In this document: positions 10,621-22,799 of the stretch, one piece after another
Layout of the letters: every line of letters begins with the position of its first letter
Numbering within the stretch: the stretch's first letter is position 1
NCBI RefSeq assembly: GCF_001194135.2
Contig: NC_069005.1
Location: 14,106,270-14,145,292, forward strand
Length of the DNA stretch: 39,023 nt
Direction of reading: 5' to 3'
From: Octopus bimaculoides
Taxonomy: Eukaryota
Notes under the pieces: model-generated
Seen by the model: only the letters and a program-made list of their open reading frames with translations
What the model was told of the DNA's origin: nothing
Database searches by the model: none
Made by a program: the position numbers and the translations under genes

Positions 10621-10650
<30 letters not shown>

Positions 10651-11099
10651 TTTACACACACACACACACACACACGCGCATGTGTGTGTAAAGATGGGAA
10701 TGTTGTATATTGAAAAGCCTCTCCTCACTGAGATGTGGTCACTTCCAGCACTCCAATGATTTGGAGGGATGAGGAGTTCACTAGGAGGTGATCAGTAAAG
10801 TATTCTGTTTTGTAATATGCAATGATATGCACACACACACACACACAGTAATAAAGGAGTGTGTCGTCAGTTATGCCAGTGTGTGTGTAAATTTCAATTC
10901 ATTTCTATCTCTTGTATGAATGAATGAAAATTACTACAGCTTGCAAGTAGAAACCACATATTCAAAGTAGTAGTTGTCTGTATGTCACTACTATATCTAT
11001 TCTGTACAGCACAGTCAGCTTTACTTCTTGCGATAAGCTGTTATCCAGTTATCTGTATGTGTGTGTGTGTGTGTGGCTATTCATTTCCTCTTATATTTT

Positions 11100-11145
<46 letters not shown>

Positions 11146-11380
11146 TTCTCCTCTCTGTCCATCTGTCTGTATGTCTATACATGTCTGACTGCAGAGTTAT
11201 GAATGCATATGCTGTAAAATGCATCTTTTTCTTGCCAGCATCAACAACTTTATTTCCATCCAGTCTTTTGTGTCTTTTTGTTGTTAGCCAAGCTTGTTCC
11301 AATCAATGTTGAATAATTTCCATTCCTAGGTGTTGGTGCTGCAATCAGTTTGTGAATGATTCTAGCATTTCTAGTGTAGT

Positions 11381-11448
11381 TGTTTGTGTTCACTAGCAAG
11401 TACTGACGTACTTGCTAGTGAACACAAACAGTACTTGCTAGTGAACAC
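11381..11448. repeat. Perfect 23-bp hairpin with 4-nt loop plus an 18-bp tandem copy of the right arm
   Basis: TGTTTGTGTTCACTAGCAAGTAC-TGAC-GTACTTGCTAGTGAACACAAACA, then GTACTTGCTAGTGAACAC. Confidence 0.95.
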
Positions 11449-13364
11449 TACTAACAGAATATTAACAGCTTTGCTTCCTCATGTTATGGTTGTGATATAC
11501 TTGCTTGCTTTACTAAACTACATGCCAATTCATTTTTTTTTTGTGTTATTTTGGTTGTTGTCATTTTTAATATCTTTGTGAAAATATTCTGTGTGCACAA
11601 AGTTTTTTTATTTTTATTTTTCCTTCCTGTTCTCCCCTTATATTCAATGAACTGCTCCGTTCTTGGCTGACATATTGATTTTAGCTTGAGACCACTCTTA
11701 GGCAGACATCTGAACTGTGTGTGTATTGCTCTGTGTCCTCCTCAGCACTGATGACAAACTCACCAGTACATAATACATTTAGCTAGTACATGCATGTGTG
11801 TGTGTGTGTGTGTGTGTGTCTTCGTGATAATGCTAGTTCTGATGGCTACCCACTACCATCACAACTTGTAATATACAGTTTCCTTATATATATATATATA
11901 TATATAATGTCTGTGTGAGACAGGGGGAAAGTATGGAAGATAGATAGCTAATGCAACTTCGGTTTCATGTCTGATGTATTATTCCTTGATCCAGTTAGAC
12001 CTTTGTAGATTAATATGTTGTTAATCTGATAATCCTTTTTGCCTATCAATTACTGGATGAAAATCTGAATGTGATTATGTTAAAGTATGAAAGATATTGT
12101 GTTACTATTTTACATGGTGTTTTCTAATAATTCTTTTCTCCCAGTAGTGGTCATAGTGACGACAGAGCCTATATTTAGAGCTGATTTGCTATTTATTTAA
12201 ACATTAGCCAGGCCCTCAGTCTGACAAAGAGCTAGTCTTTAAACAAAACAATCTCTCAATACCACCCTTCACTACCTGTTGTCGATATCAAAACAAACTC
12301 TAATTAAGTAAAGATTTATCAGCAGATAGTGTGTAATGGAGTGGAAACCTGCAACTTGCATTGTCTCCCACAGAGAATTTGGAATTCCTTCTGTCATGGC
12401 TTCATTCTTCTGTCTTCATTTCTTTGTCACTGGTCTATTCCATTGAGGATGGCTGTTTTGACACGAGATGTTTTCTTTCTCTGGAATACAAAGAACTTAT
12501 GGGGAGAAACATCTTACTTACTCCAGTGAATATGTGTGTACGTGTGTGTGTACGTGCGTGTGTGTGTGCGTGCGTGTGTGTGAGAGGGAGAGAGAGAGAG
12601 AGAGAGAGAGATTATTACAGAAACTGAATATCTGCGATAGCTCAAACATTAAATAATTCTTTTCGCTCAGTGTTTGCTATATCTTAGTCTGCATAGGTTT
12701 TATTTATTTATTTTATTTTTTTTAGTTTAATAGTTACATACTTCTTGCATATTTCTATTCAAGTAACTGATCATTCAGATATAACACCACCTGCCTCTTT
12801 TTAAACTGAAATTATCATTTTCCACTTGGAGAATACTCACTATTTCAAGTTTTGGTTGTTGTTGTTGTTTTATCATTTTTTTTTTTAGTCTTTTACATTC
12901 ATATTGAAATAAATCTCTCTCAGATTCCTTGTCTTCTGTTTGTGTAAGGTGGGGGGCGCTATTGTTGAATAGCATTGATCATTTCTGATTGATTTCAGAT
13001 TTCACAAACTTACCTTATTCCTGGAATGTATCAAACATAGACTTAAGGTTGACCCACATATCCATTACTCCTGTATGTGCACACACATACACACACACAC
13101 ACACTCTCTGTCTCATTAGTAATATTTAACTCAAACACTAGTACCAGTATTTAGTCATCATTCTTGCCATGTTCCACACTGTTTCTATAGTGGATCATTC
13201 CATATTAAACTTCAATGTAAACTAAAAAGATACCTTATCTCTATCACCATTTCTCATGAGTATATGTAAATATGTGGTGGGGTTTGTCACCTGCTTTGTT
13301 TTTTCTTTTCCTATTAAGACAGCACACATGGGGGTGGGGGTCATTGCTATTTTTTTTTTTATCT

Positions 13365-13741
13365 TTTAGTTGTTCCAGTTATTGGATGGACTGCAGCCAT
13401 GCTGTAGCACCACTTGAAATGTTTTAGTTGAACTTTTTTTTAAAGTCTGGTACTTACTTATTCTATCAGTCTCCTTGTTTACATCCTTGTAGCTACAAGG
13501 ATGTAAACAAACTTTTACTGGCTGTTAAGCNNNNNNNNNNNNNNNNNNNNNNNNNNNNNNNNNNNNNNNNNNNNNNNNNNNNNNNNNNNNNNNNNNNNNN
13601 NNNNNNNNNNNNNNNNNNNNNNNNNNNNNNNNNNNNNNNNNNNNNNNNNNNNNNNNNNNNNNNNNNNNNNNNNNNNNNNNGAACTTGAATTCATGTAGTT
13701 GCAAAGCAAGCCTTTTAACCATACAGCCATGCCTGCACCTA
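13365..13741 (-). mobile_element. SINE family B spanning a gap
   Basis: Tail (GCAGCCATGCTGTAGCACC..GTACTTATTCTATC) before the gap; head (AACCATACAGCCATGCCTGCACCT) after it. Confidence 0.6.
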
Positions 13742-13988
13742 TGATGCTGATTATAAAACACCATTCTTCCTTTCTCCAGACTCCTTCATGCTGCCAGAAA
13801 AAATGACATAAGTCTGTCTTTAGAATTTTTTTCTTTTTTCTTTCTCTTCATTGAATTTCTCCACATTAAAAAAAAAAAAAAATTTCATTCAGTAGTTTGT
13901 AAAGGGCCACAGATAACATTCAATTGTATTGCTATTTCTTGTAATTCTGAAGTGTTGCACACCTTTATAAAACATGCTTGGTAAATTG

Positions 13989-14212
13989 TAACCATTTAAC
14001 ATTTAAATCGGCCATAATTGGTTAAAATATTTTACCTGCTTTATATTCATACTGACCAGATCTACCCTCTCACACTTACTTGGTAATGTCATTCTAAATA
14101 TAAACAATCACACCATCGAAATCTCAAAGCTACAGGTAAATGCATGATTAATTCAAAATGTGAATAAATAAGCTTTACATTTCACAGAGTGATCTGAATG
14201 TTAAAGGATTAA
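13989..14212. mobile_element. TTAA-flanked MITE (family M1), decayed
   Basis: TAACCATTTAACATTTAAA... / ...CTGAATGTTAAAGGATTAA; interior matches the reverse complement of 33575-33798. Confidence 0.7.
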
Positions 14213-14287
14213 CGCTTAATTTATTGACTGGTTTTCAATGATAAAACTATCCTTAATTATTGTTCTTCTTCTTCATCATCATTATTA

Positions 14288-14318
<31 letters not shown>

Positions 14319-14332
14319 GATTTTATTGTTGT

Positions 14333-14552
14333 TGTGAGCTGGAAGAATCTTTAGCATCTATTAAAAAAATGCTTAGTTGCATTCATTCAGGCTCTTAACA
14401 CCCTGAGTTCACATTCTGCCAAGGTCAACTTTGCCTTTCATCCTTTCAGGGTCAATGAAATAAGTACCAGTCAAGTGCTGAGGTCAACAGAATCAACCTA
14501 CCCCTACCCCTCAAAATTGCTGGCCTTGCACCAAAGTTAGAATTATTATTAT
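14333..14552 (+). mobile_element. SINE family A, immediately downstream of an (ATT)n tract
   Basis: GTGAGCTGGAAGAAT head, GAGTTCACATTC, CTTTCATCCTTTCAGGGTCAATGAAATAAGTACC, ATT tail. Confidence 0.8.
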
Positions 14553-14874
14553 TTGTATTAAGAAAAGAGAGTGACAAACAGTAAATCAAAATATCTTGTG
14601 TTCATTTCTATTTTAAGTTCATATTTGGTTTGACCTTTCCTTTCCTCTGGAGAAGGAGTTAAGGAACTATTTTAGTAATACCAAGAGAGAACTTCAACTT
14701 TATAAAAACCAGTGGGGTGGCAGTAAGGTCTGTTTGTGCTGAGGAAAGCAATAAATTTCAATTTGACAAATTTGTATGCAACTTAATCATTACTCTGGTC
14801 TGAACATTTGTTTTTTCATATGCATTTTTAGGCTTTGAATGAGAAAGAGGAGCTGTCTTTGTTTTGGTCTCCTT

Positions 14875-15070
14875 GTCGTCGTCATCATTTAATGTCTATT
14901 CTATGCTGGCATGGGTTGAAAGTTTGACAGGGACAGGCAAGTCAGATGACTACACCAAGCGCTGTTGTCTCTTTTGGCATGGTTTCTATGGCTGGTTCCC
15001 CTTCCTAAAGTTAGCCACTACTTAGTGTACTGGGTGCTTTTTACGTGGGACCAGCAGCAGTGAGGTTGCC
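14875..15070 (-). mobile_element. RTE-like 3' tail fragment
   Basis: (CAT/CGT)n then TTTAATGTC..CATGCTGGCATGGGTTG, the reverse complement of the recurrent RTE-type 3' end. Confidence 0.65.
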
Positions 15071-15634
15071 AAGAACTTACAAGACAAGACCCCTCAAGTG
15101 AGGGGGAGTAGTATGGAGAGACAGAAAAGTGTCTTGCATTAGAAGAGAGATATGGCTTACTCTGATGAGGAGAGAGAAATGGTGAAGATGTGACAGAGAG
15201 GGGGGAAAAGGCTGTATATCCAAGTTACTGGAGTGAACCAGGACTGGAGAGGATGGATAGGTGAGTGAGTTTACGAGATTGTGGAAGCTAGGGTGCAGGT
15301 TGATTGGTGGACATGAGAATCTGGGGAACTGCTCTTATGAGTCTGTATGACTAGAGAAGGTGCTTTGTTTTTTATGTGCCAAGTCGCTTACAACTGCATC
15401 ATCAATATACCAGCATTAATTAATTATCTCTTTTAAGTTCATGCTCATGTACAGTATTGTGTGAACAAGGGTAGTGAATGGAAAAACAGTAGACTACTCT
15501 GCATTATTTAGTTACATGTTTCCAGTATTTGACTTAAAGCCACATCCCTCAATTCTGCATCCCCAAATCTATCAAGGGGTTTTGTCTTGCAAATTATTTA
15601 GTAGCCGTAAGTGCAGATGCCATGCAAACAGCAC

Positions 15635-15792
15635 CCATTACACTGTCATGGTTGACATTAGGGAGGACATCTATTTGCAGAAACCTTGCCAAAGCAGACA
15701 TTGGAGCCTAATGCAGCCCTCTGATGAGCTGGGTCCCGTCAAACTGTCCAAACCATACCCACATGGAATATAGACATGAAATGATGATGATG
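15635..15792 (+). mobile_element. RTE-like 3' tail fragment, followed by a truncated family A SINE (~15793-15950)
   Basis: ...CCAAACCATACCCACATGGAATATAGACATGAAATGATGATGATG, then CTGAGTACAAATCC...GCAATAGAATAAGTAC. Confidence 0.55.
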
Positions 15793-18700
15793 GTTCTGAG
15801 TACAAATCCAACTAGGGTGTGTTTGCCTTTTCTCCCATCAGGGGCAATAGAATAAGTACTGGTTATGTTCTGGAGTCAATTACATTAGTTACATTCCTCC
15901 TGCAAAGTATTTAGCTTGGTGCCAAAGTCAGAAATCATTGTTACTGTGCTAATAACCTAAGTACTAATAATAGGCAAAGGTTAATTCAACTGTGCCACTT
16001 GTTAAAAGTGAGGGATTTTGGCTTGATGCAAAAACAATGTTTCCGTCATCATAAATGTAGATAATGGAGTCAAGATAATAAATGTCACATTTATGAAATG
16101 ACAGTCATCTAGGATATTTTACTTTGATACTAGTCAAGAGTTTGTATATAATATTACCAAATTAATGAAACAAGAAGTAAACAAATGAAATCACATGGAA
16201 TTTTAGGTTTCAGAAGTTGAACTTGCTCAGCTTATAATTCTGGGAATTGTTACAATACAAAAATATTAGAGACAAACAACAACAACAATGATAAGTAAAT
16301 TTTCTTTCCACTTCACCACTGTAACAATTTTGCAGCTAATGTTATTGTTTGTGGAATTATTTTTATGCGACTATTTACTCATGTGTTTATCTATCAGCAG
16401 GTTTTCCTCTGTGCTGCTGCATCTCTATGGATGTGTTGTGAAGCAGTGTTGAAAGGATGTACCAACTTGGATGTCTTGGCTGTTACAAGCCAGCCCTGAC
16501 TGAGTCTATACACTGGACATGTACATTAATACTTGTCACAAGACAATACGGTAATTCTTTTGCTTTAGTAAGCTTACTAACCTATTTAAAACTTTCTCCC
16601 CCCCCCCCTATCAAAATCTCATTGATTTTTCTTTCTGTATTTAAAGCATGTTAAATTTTCATTTGTGTGTGAATACCTGTGATTTGAGGGTTCGGATCAA
16701 GATTTTACTGGATGTTGTAAACAAGTAAAGCCTTGTTTGTAGTGTTTGGCAGTGATCTGCTTGCAGCATATTGACTACAAGCAAAGCTGCTGCTTTATAC
16801 TTTGTGTTTATTTTTTTACTTGATATTTGGAGACTATCAGGTTTGCAGAGACATAGCAAATCTTCATTAAAACCTCTTGCACCTCTGAAAATGCAAATTG
16901 CTGGTCTTATACCACGAGGAGTTTGTTACAGTTTATAGTAATACAGATTGTTATGTCCTTCCATAGGTAAAATACAGTAATCTACATGATTCAAACTACA
17001 TAGCTGAATACAGGTATTATCTCAGTTTTGCAAATGAATGTTCCAGATGCAAATATTCAAATTTGAAGGACCTTTGTAGCCATGCTGGCTTTAAACTCAA
17101 TGCTCATAATAATAATGATGATGATAATAATAATAATAAACTTAGTTCAACAAACAGGTTTCAGTAAGGAGCATATTAACATTTCCAGAATTTTTAGAGT
17201 AATTTCTCAATTTAGCTGAATTACTAGAGCAGGATAGATTAATTAGGCTATTCATTGTGGTGTGGTGCAACTGATAAATGTTGAAATTCTGAGAGTTTAA
17301 TCCAAATTCAAAACAATCTATGTAAGTATCAGGTCATCCCATAAGTTCTGTCCAAATTTTGAATGAAGAAAACAAGTGATTAAATGTTATATTTAATTGA
17401 AATTTAATCATCAATGTACTTTCCCTGATTATCTATGACTTCCTTCCATCTATTTACAAGCTTTTTAATCCCATCGATGTAAAATTCTTTTGGTTTCAAA
17501 GCAAAGAACTCTGAAATGTCAGTTTCGACCTCCTCCTGGCTTGTGAAAGTTATGCCCCCCAAATGATTCTGTAACATTTTCTCTATATAAATCTCCCAAT
17601 CTTGTTTGAAAGTTGAGATTTTGATGAAATGCAGTTCGTCTCAAGCGAAACTTTTCAAAATAATTATTGCATGAATTTGTATGAAAAGTGATAATAGGAT
17701 TGATGATTATTGGTGTCCATTGTGAATGTGGTTTGTATTTATTGTCATGTTACTTTACAGAGAAGTGAATTCCATGTAGGTATTTTCATATATATTTGCA
17801 TGATAGTGATTCCTGGGCATCAATTTCCTATCTCAGAAATGAATTTATGTTCCATTAGTTTCTGTAACTGGGAAGCTGCACAATTCCATTTAAAAAAGGC
17901 ATTCTGAGATTTGCCTTAAACTCCATTCAAAGGTTTTGATGTGTTACATTACTAATGAAGAGTTACTCATATTTCAATAATTCAACTCCCCCACATATGC
18001 TCACTAGTATGTAGAGACCCTACATATAAAGTGAGTAAAATTTTTTTTTTTTTTAAAGTCCTTTCTATTTGCTAATGAACACATCAATGCTGTGATCAAC
18101 TTATGTGGTCACTGCACACTTTCACAATCAATAAATCCCTATTTAAACTTCACCCTTGTGTGTATGGATGACTTTGAAATACCACTGATTATTTTCTCAA
18201 ATCTGAGCTCTCTAATTGACTCATTAATAAGTAATTATACAGTCTGGTAGATTCAGACATAAATATGCTAATCACCATTGTATTTTGTCAGTGGAGAATA
18301 ACACTTCCTTTCAGAACAAATGTGTATTCATAACATACTCAAGTAAAAGGACTTTGACTTTTTGTGTTGGAACACCAGTGTTTCAACCTTGTTGTGTCTC
18401 TTCAACCAAAGCTACCTGGACCAATGAATTTAAATGAGTTTTTGTTCTCATTTATCGGATTTAGCAAACAAATCATTTTCTGATGTTTGCCAGCTGATAA
18501 TAAATTGTCTTGCATAGAGTGAACACGAACCACAATGATGACATAAATATTCGTTCTGAATTGTGTTTTGGTAGATTGGAATGGGAATATGCTAATCACT
18601 AGTGTATTTCATCGTTAGAGGAGAATGTCTCCTTTCAGGCAAATGTGTGTTCATAACACTCTTGATTTATGGTGCATAAGTGGAATTGAGTGTGTTATAA

Positions 18701-18832
18701 CTAAACAGTCAAAATACAATAGCAATTAGCATACTCACATTCAAATCTGCTGGAAGGTATTATGTATGAATATGTATGTCATAGTTATGATTCTTGCTGA
18801 CCACCATGCACATGATTAATTAAACCATTATA

Positions 18833-19163
18833 TCATCATCATCATTGTTTAACGTCTGCTTTCCATGCTAGCATGGGTTGGACGATTTGACTGAGGACTG
18901 GTGAAACCAGATGGCTACACCTGGCTCCAATCTGATTTGGCAGAGTTTCTACAGCTGGATGCCCTTCCTAACGCCAACCACTAAGAGAGTGTAGTGGGTG
19001 CTTTTACGTGTCACCCGCATCATCATCATCATCATCGTTTAACGTCCGCTTTCCATGCTAGCATGGGTTAGACGATTTGACTGAGGACTGGTGAAACCGG
19101 ATGGCAACACCAGGCTCCAATCTAATTTGGCAGAGTTTCTACAGCTGGATGCCCTTCCTAATG
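18833..19163 (-). mobile_element. Two tandem, near-identical young RTE-like 3' tail copies
   Basis: 18833-19020 and 19021-19163 both read (CAT)n-GTTTAACGTC(C/T)GCTTTCCATGCTAGCATGGGTT...; the second runs into a gap. A third copy lies at 20564-20735. Confidence 0.85.
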
Positions 19164-20329
19164 NNNNNNNNNNNNNNNNNNNNNNNNNNNNNNNNNNNNN
19201 NNNNNNNNNNNNNNNNNNNNNNNNNNNNNNNNNNNNNNNNNNNNNNNNNNNNNNNNNNNNNNNNNNNNNNNNNNNNNNNNNNNNNNNNNNNNNNNNNNNN
19301 NNNNNNNNNNNNNNNNNNNNNNNNNNNNNNNNNNNNNNNNNNNNNNNNNNNNNNNNNNNNNNNNNNNNNNNNNNNNNNNNNNNNNNNNNNNNNNNNNNNN
19401 NNNNNNNNNNNNNNNNNNNNNNNNNNNNNNNNNNNNNNNNNNNNNNNNNNNNNNNNNNNNNNNNNNNNNNNNNNNNNNNNNNNNNNNNNNNNNNNNNNNN
19501 NNNNNNNNNNNNNNNNNNNNNNNNNNNNNNNNNNNNNNNNNNNNNNNNNNNNNNNNNNNNNNNNNNNNNNNNNNNNNNNNNNNNNNNNNNNNNNNNNNNN
19601 NNNNNNNNNNNNNNNNNNNNNNNNNNNNNNNNNNNNNNNNNNNNNNNNNNNNNNNNNNNNNNNNNNNNNNNNNNNNNNNNNNNNNNNNNNNNNNNNNNNN
19701 NNNNNNNNNNNNNNNNNNNNNNNNNNNNNNNNNNNNNNNNNNNNNNNNNNNNNNNNNNNNNNATATATATGATGTATTCTATCTCTCTCTCCTATCTTTT
19801 TTCTTTTCAAAAGAAAATATTTTTCTAGCGTTCGCTATTTTACCCTTGTTCTGGTCTAACATCCATCCATATTTGTTCGCGTTCAGTTTCCTTGTATGTC
19901 TCCACTGACCTGTTTCTGTTCCCAACTTTGACCCTCCATAAATCCCAAATTTTATTTTTATATTCATGGGAATGGTTGTCTTTGAAGACTCATAATGTCG
20001 TTCAATGTTTGAAATGAGGAGTAGATAGACAGCCGACAACTGATGAAGGATCGTTCTAAGTGTTACTTGTCCTGTTTTCCACTTGTTTCTCTCGTTGTTT
20101 GTGTATTCAAGTAATTTGTTTTTGTATTTCATGTTGTTTACTGTTGCTGACGTTCTGCACCCATGTATGCATATGTGTATATAATTGTGTATGTGTGTGT
20201 GTATATGTGCATATATATGGGTATATATGTGTGTATAAATGTGTGTATATATATGTGTATATGTGTGTGTATATATATATTTGTATATATATGTGTGTGT
20301 ATATATATATTTGTATATATATGTGTATG

Positions 20330-20364
<35 letters not shown>

Positions 20365-20463
20365 GTGCATATGTATATAAATATGAATATGTGTATATGT
20401 ATATATGTGCATATATATATATGTGTATATATGCATGTATATGTTTATCTATGTGTATATATG

Positions 20464-20567
20464 TGGGAGAATATACAAAAAATAACAACAGACGAGGACA
20501 GGTGGTGTAAATAACAAAAGTATATATTAGTATGACGCTCGGGAATACGGAAAGTCTTTGACGTTTC
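20464..20567 (-). mobile_element. Truncated copy of family H2
   Basis: 104 bp identical by eye to the reverse complement of 10517-10620. Confidence 0.85.
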
Positions 20568-20735
20568 CATGCTAGCATGGGTTGGACGATTTGACTGAGG
20601 ACTGGTGAAACCGGATGGCAACACCAGGCTCCAGTCTGATTTGGCAGAGTTTCTACAGCTGGATGCCCTTCCTAACGCCAACCACTCAGAGAGTGTAGTG
20701 GGTGCTTTTACGTGTCACCCGCACGAAAACGGCCA
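20564..20735 (-). mobile_element. RTE-like tail copy lacking its (GAT)n end, fused to H2
   Basis: Near-identical to 18858-19018; shares TTTC with the adjacent H2 copy. Confidence 0.8.
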
Positions 20736-21325
20736 CGCATGTGTATATATGCATGTATGTGTATATGTGTGTGTATATATATATGTATGTATATATGTGC
20801 ATATGTATATATATATATGTCTATATGTATATGTTTATGTGTATATATGCATGTATATGTATGTGTATGTATATATATATATATATATATATGTATATGT
20901 GTATATATATGTGTATATATGTATATGTATGTATATGTATGTATATATGTATGTATATATATGTATAAATATATGTATGTATATATATGTGCGTATATAT
21001 GTGTATGTATATATATATATATANNNNNNNNNNNNNNNNNNNNNNNNNNNNNNNNNNNNNNNNNNNNNNNNNNNNNNNNNNNNNNNNNNNNNNNNNNNNN
21101 NNNNNNNNNNNNNNNNNNNNNNNTTTATATATATATATGTATATATATATATATGTATGTATATATATATATAGAGAGAGAGATTTGTATATATATGTAT
21201 ACATAAAATTGTATATATATAATATTTGTATATATATATATGTATGTATATATAAAATTGTATATGTATGTATATATATATGTATGTATAGATATGTGTA
21301 TATAGATAAATGTACATATGCAGGC

Positions 21326-21356
<31 letters not shown>

Positions 21357-21814
21357 TGTATATACGTGAGATAATAATGAAAGTATATAATAGTTTCAGT
21401 ATCAAAACTGAAAGTAAATCACATTAAAATAGAGTTGTTATTGTTTCACTTTCGACTCGGTAATGCTGAAGGAGATAGGATATTGCTCCAGGCTTGCATC
21501 AAGCAAGCAGTTAAATATTTTTTGGCCCATGACACTGTATGGACCTTAAGTCATTGTAAGATTTGATGAAATTGGTTGGGTAGCTCTCAAGTTTTAGTGA
21601 TGCACACCTACAGGCAGACATTCTCAGCTTTATGTATACATGTGTATTGTGTGAGTACTTGTCTTGATGCAGCGTTTCTAGAGAGAACGAGCCAGTTGCA
21701 TTCTAGCCCAGTTCCGTAACTTTTACCAACTGAACAATTTTCGCATTCCTGTGCAAATCTGCCATTGTCTGCTTGGGCATACTCAAATTTGGCTCACTTT
21801 ATTATGTCACCTAC

Positions 21815-22005
21815 AACAAATCTTGCATATGGTTTGGTAGGTTAACAGGACAACATCTTGGGTCTGCTCAAATGCAGTTAATATTAGTGTTTTTCTTTTC
21901 TTTATGACCAGCCTAAGTATATCCATGTCATCGCCTCCATAGAAATGTATCAGCAATGACTTCTTGCTTAGCTCTCCACCAATGTGTCCTGCAAAGCATG
22001 TTCTT
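21815..22005 (-). pseudogene. Decayed RTE-clade LINE ORF C-terminal region
   Basis: With one frameshift the minus strand reads ..FAGH/WWRAKQEVIADTFLWRR*HG...ADPRCCPVNLPNHMQD, resembling the RxxFAGHCWR...LLW.P.HG...GRP...MxD end of RTE-type ORFs (from recalled consensus). Confidence 0.55.
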
Positions 22006-22163
22006 TCTCATCTTCCCTTTTTCCCCTCTCTCTCATCTTCCCCCTCCTTCCTCCCCCTCCCCCCCCTCTCTCTCCCTCCTTAGGCAAGTGTCTTCTATAA
22101 TACTACAGCACCAGGCCAAACAATGCCTTAATGAATTTGGTAGACAAACTGAAAGAAGCTTAT

Positions 22164-22167
<4 letters not shown>

Positions 22168-22221
<54 letters not shown>
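22168..22221. repeat. (TG)n microsatellite
   Basis: Perfect TG run. Confidence 0.98.
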
Positions 22222-22222
<1 letters not shown>

Positions 22223-22799
22223 TTGCAAGAAGGTTGTTGTGCAGTTTTTGTTTGGTTAGATTCCTTTCTCCTGGAGCTTTTCAAAACAACCTGTAACATG
22301 CAGGTGTATGCACCATCAAGCTTTGTCTCCAGATATTAGGATTCATACTAGACATCTGGAGGCCAGAAATGTTAGATTGAATTGATCCGGTTGTAGCAGT
22401 TGTTGTTGTTTTTCTTGTTTTTCCCACTGAGATGTAAGTCTTCAACTCTTGTAGAATTTGAAATTGGAACTCTGAGAGTAGAAAGCAAACCACTATATGG
22501 TATTTATTCTAGTGCTCTATATAACTCTGCTAATCTTGATTCTATATATCAGCACAATACCAGAGAAATTACCAAATGAATGAGGTGATGGCCTCCAGAT
22601 GTGATTTGAACTTTGTGAATACAGGCATGGCTGCAACTAAGAAGTTTGCTTCATAATGACATGGCTTCAGGTTCCATTCCAGTGTGTGGCATATTGTAAC
22701 CTCAGATCAGCACAAGTGTTGTGTGTGAAATTGGGTTAACAGAAACAGTGTGGTGGTCTGCTTCATTTATTGGTGGTGAGAGGTAAACTTTGTCACCTA

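Larger units (their letters stand above)
20160..21365. repeat. Compound (TA)/(TG)/(TATG) low-complexity tract with embedded elements and a gap
   Basis: Direct inspection; source of the spurious Y/I/V/M/C-rich ORFs. Confidence 0.95.

Noticed and set aside
16395-16860. Possible host exons (QVFLCAAASLWMCCEAVLKG..; minus-strand AAALLVVNMLQAD..SQ|GT)
   Set aside because: In-frame stops or weak acceptors and no recognisable homology; cannot be supported without RNA-seq.
19779-20160. 117-aa minus ORF and a CTGATGA-A-GGAT...GTCC half-hammerhead at ~20041-20075
   Set aside because: The ORF has no recognisable motif, and the putative stem II is followed by TGTT rather than GAAA with no stem III. Probably an unclassified repeat; not called a ribozyme.
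20060-21427. Numerous long ORFs rich in Y/I/V/C/M or H/T/Y/I
   Set aside because: Translations of (TA)/(TG) microsatellites and N runs; the same applies to the ORFs at 4235-4828, 19091-19828, 36621-36959 and 38232-38756.
21610-21790. Minus-strand reading FEYAQADNGRFAQECENCSVGKSYGTGLECNWL..
   Set aside because: Bounded by an upstream TGA with no pyrimidine-rich acceptor; lies just downstream of a decayed LINE end; no family recognised.
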